The notes below the pieces were generated by a model that saw nothing but the letters and a program-made list of their open reading frames with translations, made no database searches and had not been told where the DNA came from. DNA of 64,000 nucleotides from Oceanispirochaeta sp. (GTDB lineage Bacteria; Spirochaetota; Spirochaetia; DSM-2461). Both the position numbers and the translations under genes were made by a program. Each line of letters begins with the position of its first letter. Position 1 is the stretch's first letter. The stretch lies in contig CAXXXD010000002.1 in the NCBI GenBank assembly GCA_963663385.2, forward strand, positions 32,001-96,000, given 5' to 3'. This document shows, in pieces, positions 59,735 through 64,000 of the stretch.

Positions 59735-60684
59735 AGGCTGAGACGGGAAGGGATTTTCACACTCCGGATCAGAGTTTCAATCGCCTCGTCCATGCCGATC
59801 CCGCTGCCTCTTGATTCTGTTGAGAGCACCAGTTTATGCCTCATTACAGCAGGAGCGGACAATATAATATCTTCGGGAATAATGAACTCTCTGGCTTCCC
59901 TGGCAGCCGAGCACTGAGCCGCCTGCATCAGGTGTCTGGCTCCGCGGGTGCTTAATCCGGATTGAAAGACGGATGAGTCCCGGCTCTGCTCGGCAAGATC
60001 TACAAGGTATTGGATAACTTCCGGACTTCCCTTTATGCCAAGTATATGCTGACGTATCGCCAGTATCTCCCCGGGGCCGCTTATCTCCCCTACCCGGTTC
60101 AGAGGGTCCTCTATCCTGTACTCCGTCAGTATTTTTGCTTCAGTATCCCTTTCCGGGTACCCCGGAGAAAAACTCAGGCCGAAACGGTCCAGCTGGGATT
60201 CGGGGAGCGTAAAGGTTCCCGTATAACGGAAAGGGTTCTGGGTGGCCGCAACAAAAAAGGGCTGGGGAAGGGGGCGGCTGATCCCGTCAACCGTAACCGT
60301 GTCTTCCTGCATGGCTTCCAGGAGGGCCGCCTGAGTCCGGGCCGAGGCCCTGTTCAGCTCATCTGCCAGAATAAATGAGTGGTTAAGGGGGCCTTTATTG
60401 AAACGGAACTCTTTAATCTGATGGTCCCATATCATCATCCCCGTAATATCGCCGGGAAGGAGATCGGGGGTAAACTGAATTCTGCCGAAGTCCAGACCGC
60501 TGGCCCTGGCCAGGCATTTGACCAGGGTCGTTTTCCCGATCCCGGAGACATCTTCAATCAGGACATGCATACCGCTCAGCAGACCGGAAACCAGAATCCC
60601 GACCGCATCCTCCTTTCCAAGGAATCCTTTATTTGTTTCTGCCGTCAGGGATTGAATCAGATCTGAAGTATCCTTCATGTTCAT
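59731..60684 (-). CDS. MoxR-family AAA+ ATPase
   Basis: GIGKT, RIQFTPDLLPGDITG, ADELNRA and ATQNP. Confidence 0.93.
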   Translation of the reverse strand: MNMKDTSDLIQSLTAETNKGFLGKEDAVGILVSGLLSGMHVLIEDVSGIGKTTLVKCLARASGLDFGRIQFTPDLLPGDITGMMIWDHQIKEFRFNKGPLNHSFILADELNRASARTQAALLEAMQEDTVTVDGISRPLPQPFFVAATQNPFRYTGTFTLPESQLDRFGLSFSPGYPERDTEAKILTEYRIEDPLNRVGEISGPGEILAIRQHILGIKGSPEVIQYLVDLAEQSRDSSVFQSGLSTRGARHLMQAAQCSAAREAREFIIPEDIILSAPAVMRHKLVLSTESRGSGIGMDEAIETLIRSVKIPSRLSL

Positions 60685-60751
60685 AAAAGGAATTATAAAC
60701 CCTGTCCCCGGAAAATGAAAATACTTTACAAATCCCCTGTTTCCCTGGCGT

Positions 60752-61009
60752 TTATGCTTCCAGTTTTCTGTTCCGGCAATACAGGGCTATATCAATGGAG
60801 ACCATCAGAAAGTTCAGGATGTAGAGGTAAATCACGAAATCAAAGGAGTAGAGAATCTTGTGCAGCATCCCGCTTACATACCCCAGCCAGATTATTATCA
60901 GAAAGGACAGGCTCTTACCTTTTGTGCTTCTGGAACGGATGGATTTATAGATGGATGTGGGCCAGGCAAAGCCGAAGGCCATTAACATCAGGGCTTCAAA
61001 TAGACTCAT
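60752..61009 (-). CDS. Small three-helix membrane protein (PQ-loop-like)
   Basis: FGFAWP..IYKSIRSRSTKGKS. Confidence 0.7.
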   Translation of the reverse strand: MSLFEALMLMAFGFAWPTSIYKSIRSRSTKGKSLSFLIIIWLGYVSGMLHKILYSFDFVIYLYILNFLMVSIDIALYCRNRKLEA

Positions 61010-61081
61010 ATTTTTTCCTTATATTACAGTAATAACCAGGAAAACATATCAAATTCCGCCTTTATAAACTAGAATACCCCT

Positions 61082-61540
61082 ATGGAAAAACAATTGGCGC
61101 AAAAAGGTTCTGTTTCTGCTCTATTTATCAGCCGGGAGAAAGGGCAGTCCCGGGAACGCATTGAATCCGGCTTCTTCCGGCAGGATCACGGTCTGGAGGG
61201 AGACTCCTGGTCGGCTCCGGGAGAAAGGCAGGTTGTTCTGCTTTCAAAGGAGAGACGGGATGCGGTTACGGAGGATTCCCGGGTAGGACTCTGCTATAAT
61301 CGTTTTCATGAAACCCTTCAGTTTACCGGCCTGCCGCTGGAAGAGGCGGAAACGGGAACACGCTTCCGGGCGGGAGAGGCTCTTCTGGAAATTACCCGTA
61401 CGGGTAAACGCTGCTTCCCCGAATGTAAAATCGTCCGGTCCGGTGCTGTCTGCCCCCTGAAAAAAGGGGCGGTCTTTGCCCGTGTTCTCGAGTCCGGAAG
61501 AATCGCTGCGGGTGATCCGGTGGCCCTGGAAGAAGAGTGA
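61082..61540 (+). CDS. MOSC domain protein
   Basis: HGLEGD, RQVVLL, GKRC and FARVLESGRI. Confidence 0.85.
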   Translation: MEKQLAQKGSVSALFISREKGQSRERIESGFFRQDHGLEGDSWSAPGERQVVLLSKERRDAVTEDSRVGLCYNRFHETLQFTGLPLEEAETGTRFRAGEALLEITRTGKRCFPECKIVRSGAVCPLKKGAVFARVLESGRIAAGDPVALEEE

Positions 61541-61562
61541 AGGGTGCCTGTTCGGATTTCTC

Positions 61563-61591
61563 TTGACAATTTGTAAAAATGGTTTTAAGTT
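61563..61591 (+). promoter_or_regulatory. Sigma70-type promoter of the ABC exporter leader
   Basis: TTGACA-N17-TAAGTT. Confidence 0.7.
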
Positions 61592-61622
61592 TATTAAAAA
61601 TTATCTGAAGGAGACGTATTTG

Positions 61623-61706
61623 ATGTTTAATTTTATGGCAGTGCTTATCGCTGAAATATCCATACGGGATAGCTATGTACCAAATGCGTCTGCGTTTCCA
61701 GTCTGA
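61623..61706 (+). CDS. Putative leader peptide (27 aa)
   Basis: AAGGAG SD at 61608-61613; MFNFMAVLIAEISIRDSYVPNASAFPV. Confidence 0.6.
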   Translation: MFNFMAVLIAEISIRDSYVPNASAFPV

Positions 61707-61728
61707 TCTGAATCAATACTGAATATAC

Positions 61729-61763
61729 ACCGCAGACCATTCAGGGTCCTGCGGTTTTTTTTT
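61729..61763 (+). terminator. Terminator within the ABC exporter leader (candidate attenuator)
   Basis: ACCGCAGACC...GGTCCTGCGG followed by T9. Confidence 0.85.
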
Positions 61764-61836
61764 GCCCCGCCTTTTCTGCCGTGGCTCCGTCCGCCGGACT
61801 TCATTCCATGTCCCCGCCCTCAGGAGGGGCGGCATT

Positions 61837-63642
61837 ATGAGTATTCAAAAAAACAAGCCGAAAAAATCGGGATGGAATTCCTTACGGGGATTGTTTTCTC
61901 TGATAGGGGCCTCGAAGACCCTGTATATACTCTCTATTCTGGCGCTGGCCGTTACTGTAGCGCTTGAAATGAGCGGTTTTCTGGTTATCCGCCACGTGGT
62001 GGATAAAGTGATTATAATAAAAAAGGGAATAAAGCCGCTGGCTTTCTGGGCCGGGATTTTTCTTCTTGCTTCTCTGGGGAGGGGATTCTTCAGCTATCTT
62101 CACGGCAAGGGGAAAGCCCGCTGTGCCGAAACAGTTACCCGTCAGATCAGAAACGGGCTTTATGATCATATGCAGAGGCTTTCCTTCTCCTATCATGATC
62201 GTTCCCAGACGGGAGAACTGGTTCAGAGAGCCACCAGTGATGTGGATGAAATCCGCCGGTTTTTTGCGGAACAGATTCCGGCTGTCTGCCAGATCCTTTT
62301 TCAGTTCTCTATCAATCTGGCAATTCTCCTTTTTCTGGAGTGGCGGCTGGCTTTGCTCTCTATCATTATTGTTCCTGTTGTAGGGGGGATCTCAAGCTGG
62401 TTTTTCTTCCGGATCTTTGAAGCCTATGACAGCTTTCAGGATCAGGAAGGGCATATGACTGCCCGTATTCAGGAAAATCTCTCCGGAATCCGTGTGGTCC
62501 GGGCATTCGCCCGTCAGAAATGGGAGATTGAGCAATTTCGCGAGATAAACAGAGAACAGCTGAAAAGGGGGTTGAAACTGACCTGGTGGAATAGTTTCTA
62601 CTGGCCCTTCGGTCATATCCTCTGCGGTCTGCAGTTCTGTCTGACCCTTCTGATCGGCGGGTATATGGCTATTGATGGAGCCATTTCCCCGGGAACCTTT
62701 ATTGCCTTCTCCAGTCTTGTCAACTCTCTTATCTGGCCCATGCAGGAGCTGGGCCGGACTATGGCGGAGCTTTCAAAAAGTCATGTCTCCTACCAGAGAA
62801 TACGGGTGATTCTGGACGAAGAACAGGAGGATCTGATTTCCGGGAACTCTTCGGATGAAATCCATCTCAAAGGCGATCTGGAGTTTAAAAAAGTGAAGTT
62901 CGGCTATACTGAGAATCTGCCGGTTCTGCAGGATATCAGTTTCAGTTGTCCCCGTGGAAGTAAAATCGCCCTTCTGGGAACCACCGGATCAGGGAAGACG
63001 ACCCTGGTCAATCTGCTGCCCCGTTTCTACGATTATACGGGGGGCGAAATCCTGCTGGACGGGGAACCTCTGAAAAATTACAGCCGGCATATGCTGAGGC
63101 GGCAGATCGGCATCGTCGAACAGGAACCTTTTCTTTTCTCCATGACAGTCAGGGAGAATCTGACCTATTCAGTGGATAGAAAAGTCTCGCAGGAAGAGGT
63201 GGAAGCTGCCGCGAAGGCCGCATCGATTCATCATTCCATTCTATCATTCCCGGAAGGGTATGACACCATGGTGGGAGAGAAAGGTGTCAGTCTTTCGGGA
63301 GGGCAGAAGCAGAGAATCGCCATTGCCAGGACTCTTCTGAAGGATCCCCGCATCCTGATTCTGGATGATTCCACTTCTGCGGTTGATGCGGATACGGAAG
63401 CCAGGATTAAAAAGGCCATGAATGGACTGATGAAAAACAGGACAACCTTCCTGATAGCCCATAGAATCCAGACCCTTAAGCAGGCGGATACCATACTGGT
63501 TCTGGATAAGGGCCGGATTGTTCAGCAGGGGAGCCATGAAGAGCTTATCCGCAGGGACGGTTTCTATAAGGACGTGTTCAGACTGCAGACCCGTATGGAA
63601 GAGGAACTGCAGGAAGAACTGCAAGCGGCAGGAGCCGTATAG
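61837..63642 (+). CDS. ABC exporter subunit (TMD-NBD)
   Basis: GTTGSGKTT, LSGGQKQR and ILILDDSTSAVD (non-canonical Walker B); AGGAGG SD. Confidence 0.93.
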   Translation: MSIQKNKPKKSGWNSLRGLFSLIGASKTLYILSILALAVTVALEMSGFLVIRHVVDKVIIIKKGIKPLAFWAGIFLLASLGRGFFSYLHGKGKARCAETVTRQIRNGLYDHMQRLSFSYHDRSQTGELVQRATSDVDEIRRFFAEQIPAVCQILFQFSINLAILLFLEWRLALLSIIIVPVVGGISSWFFFRIFEAYDSFQDQEGHMTARIQENLSGIRVVRAFARQKWEIEQFREINREQLKRGLKLTWWNSFYWPFGHILCGLQFCLTLLIGGYMAIDGAISPGTFIAFSSLVNSLIWPMQELGRTMAELSKSHVSYQRIRVILDEEQEDLISGNSSDEIHLKGDLEFKKVKFGYTENLPVLQDISFSCPRGSKIALLGTTGSGKTTLVNLLPRFYDYTGGEILLDGEPLKNYSRHMLRRQIGIVEQEPFLFSMTVRENLTYSVDRKVSQEEVEAAAKAASIHHSILSFPEGYDTMVGEKGVSLSGGQKQRIAIARTLLKDPRILILDDSTSAVDADTEARIKKAMNGLMKNRTTFLIAHRIQTLKQADTILVLDKGRIVQQGSHEELIRRDGFYKDVFRLQTRMEEELQEELQAAGAV

Positions 63643-63652
63643 AGGAAAAAAC

Positions 63653-64000
63653 ATGAGTACTGCATATATAAACGACAATCTGGAAAAAAGGGCCTATAAG
63701 GGAAATCTGGACAGTAAAACCCTTATACGTATTCTGGCCCAGACTAAACCCCATTTTATTCTTATGGCGGGTTTTCTTTTTTTTATCTTTGTTACGGCTT
63801 TTGTTGATGCCCTTGGAACCTATCTGACACGCTATATTATCGATGATGGTATCCTGGCCGGGGATACGGAAGCTCTCTGGCGCTATACGATGTACCAGGT
63901 GCTGTGTTTTTCTGTGAACAGCGTCAGCATATTCGGTTTCATTTATTGCGCCGATAAGCTGGGGCAGCAGTTACAGTTTGATCTGAGGGAGAAGCTGTTC
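63653..64000 (+). CDS. Probable second ABC exporter subunit, 3'-truncated
   Basis: Open frame MSTAYINDNLEKRAYKG... with TM helices and YIIDDGI; GAGG SD. Confidence 0.8.
   Translation, partial: MSTAYINDNLEKRAYKGNLDSKTLIRILAQTKPHFILMAGFLFFIFVTAFVDALGTYLTRYIIDDGILAGDTEALWRYTMYQVLCFSVNSVSIFGFIYCADKLGQQLQFDLREKLF

Noticed and set aside
1..64000. tRNA, rRNA, transposase, integrase or prophage genes, and self-targeting spacers
   Set aside because: None recognised by eye; this is not exhaustive and needs covariance-model and alignment searches.

Overview
A 64-kb bacterial chromosome segment, probably from a free-living spirochaete (inferred from the TatT-containing TRAP system and a spirochaete-type beta-barrel protein; not confirmed). 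Most of it is core and metabolic genes: recCBD, mutY, nfo, lhr, a ThyX-like gene, a TPAT transporter, xylBA with an AraC regulator, proC, two diguanylate cyclases, ptsP, an Rrf2 regulator, a MtaA/CmuA-family enzyme with a COG0523 GTPase, a MoxR/DUF58/transglutaminase trio and a heterodimeric ABC exporter. The main accessory element is an AT-rich, apparently complete type II-C CRISPR-Cas9 locus at about 39.7-45.2 kb. It has cas9-cas1-cas2, 10 full 36-nt repeats plus one truncated repeat (each ending in an extended -10 promoter motif), 10 spacers, and a tracrRNA whose promoter, anti-repeat and terminator are all readable. Non-coding signals outside the gene list are: (i) a same-orientation DnaA-box cluster with AT-rich tracts at 3.96-4.29 kb and no dnaA in the window; (ii) a promoter, leader peptide, antiterminator and terminator forming a candidate attenuator upstream of the ABC exporter; (iii) several families of GC-rich palindromic REP-like elements, apparently nested inside one another; (iv) a divergent lhr/thyX pair with an atypical ThyX motif. 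All calls were made by eye, with no database searches.
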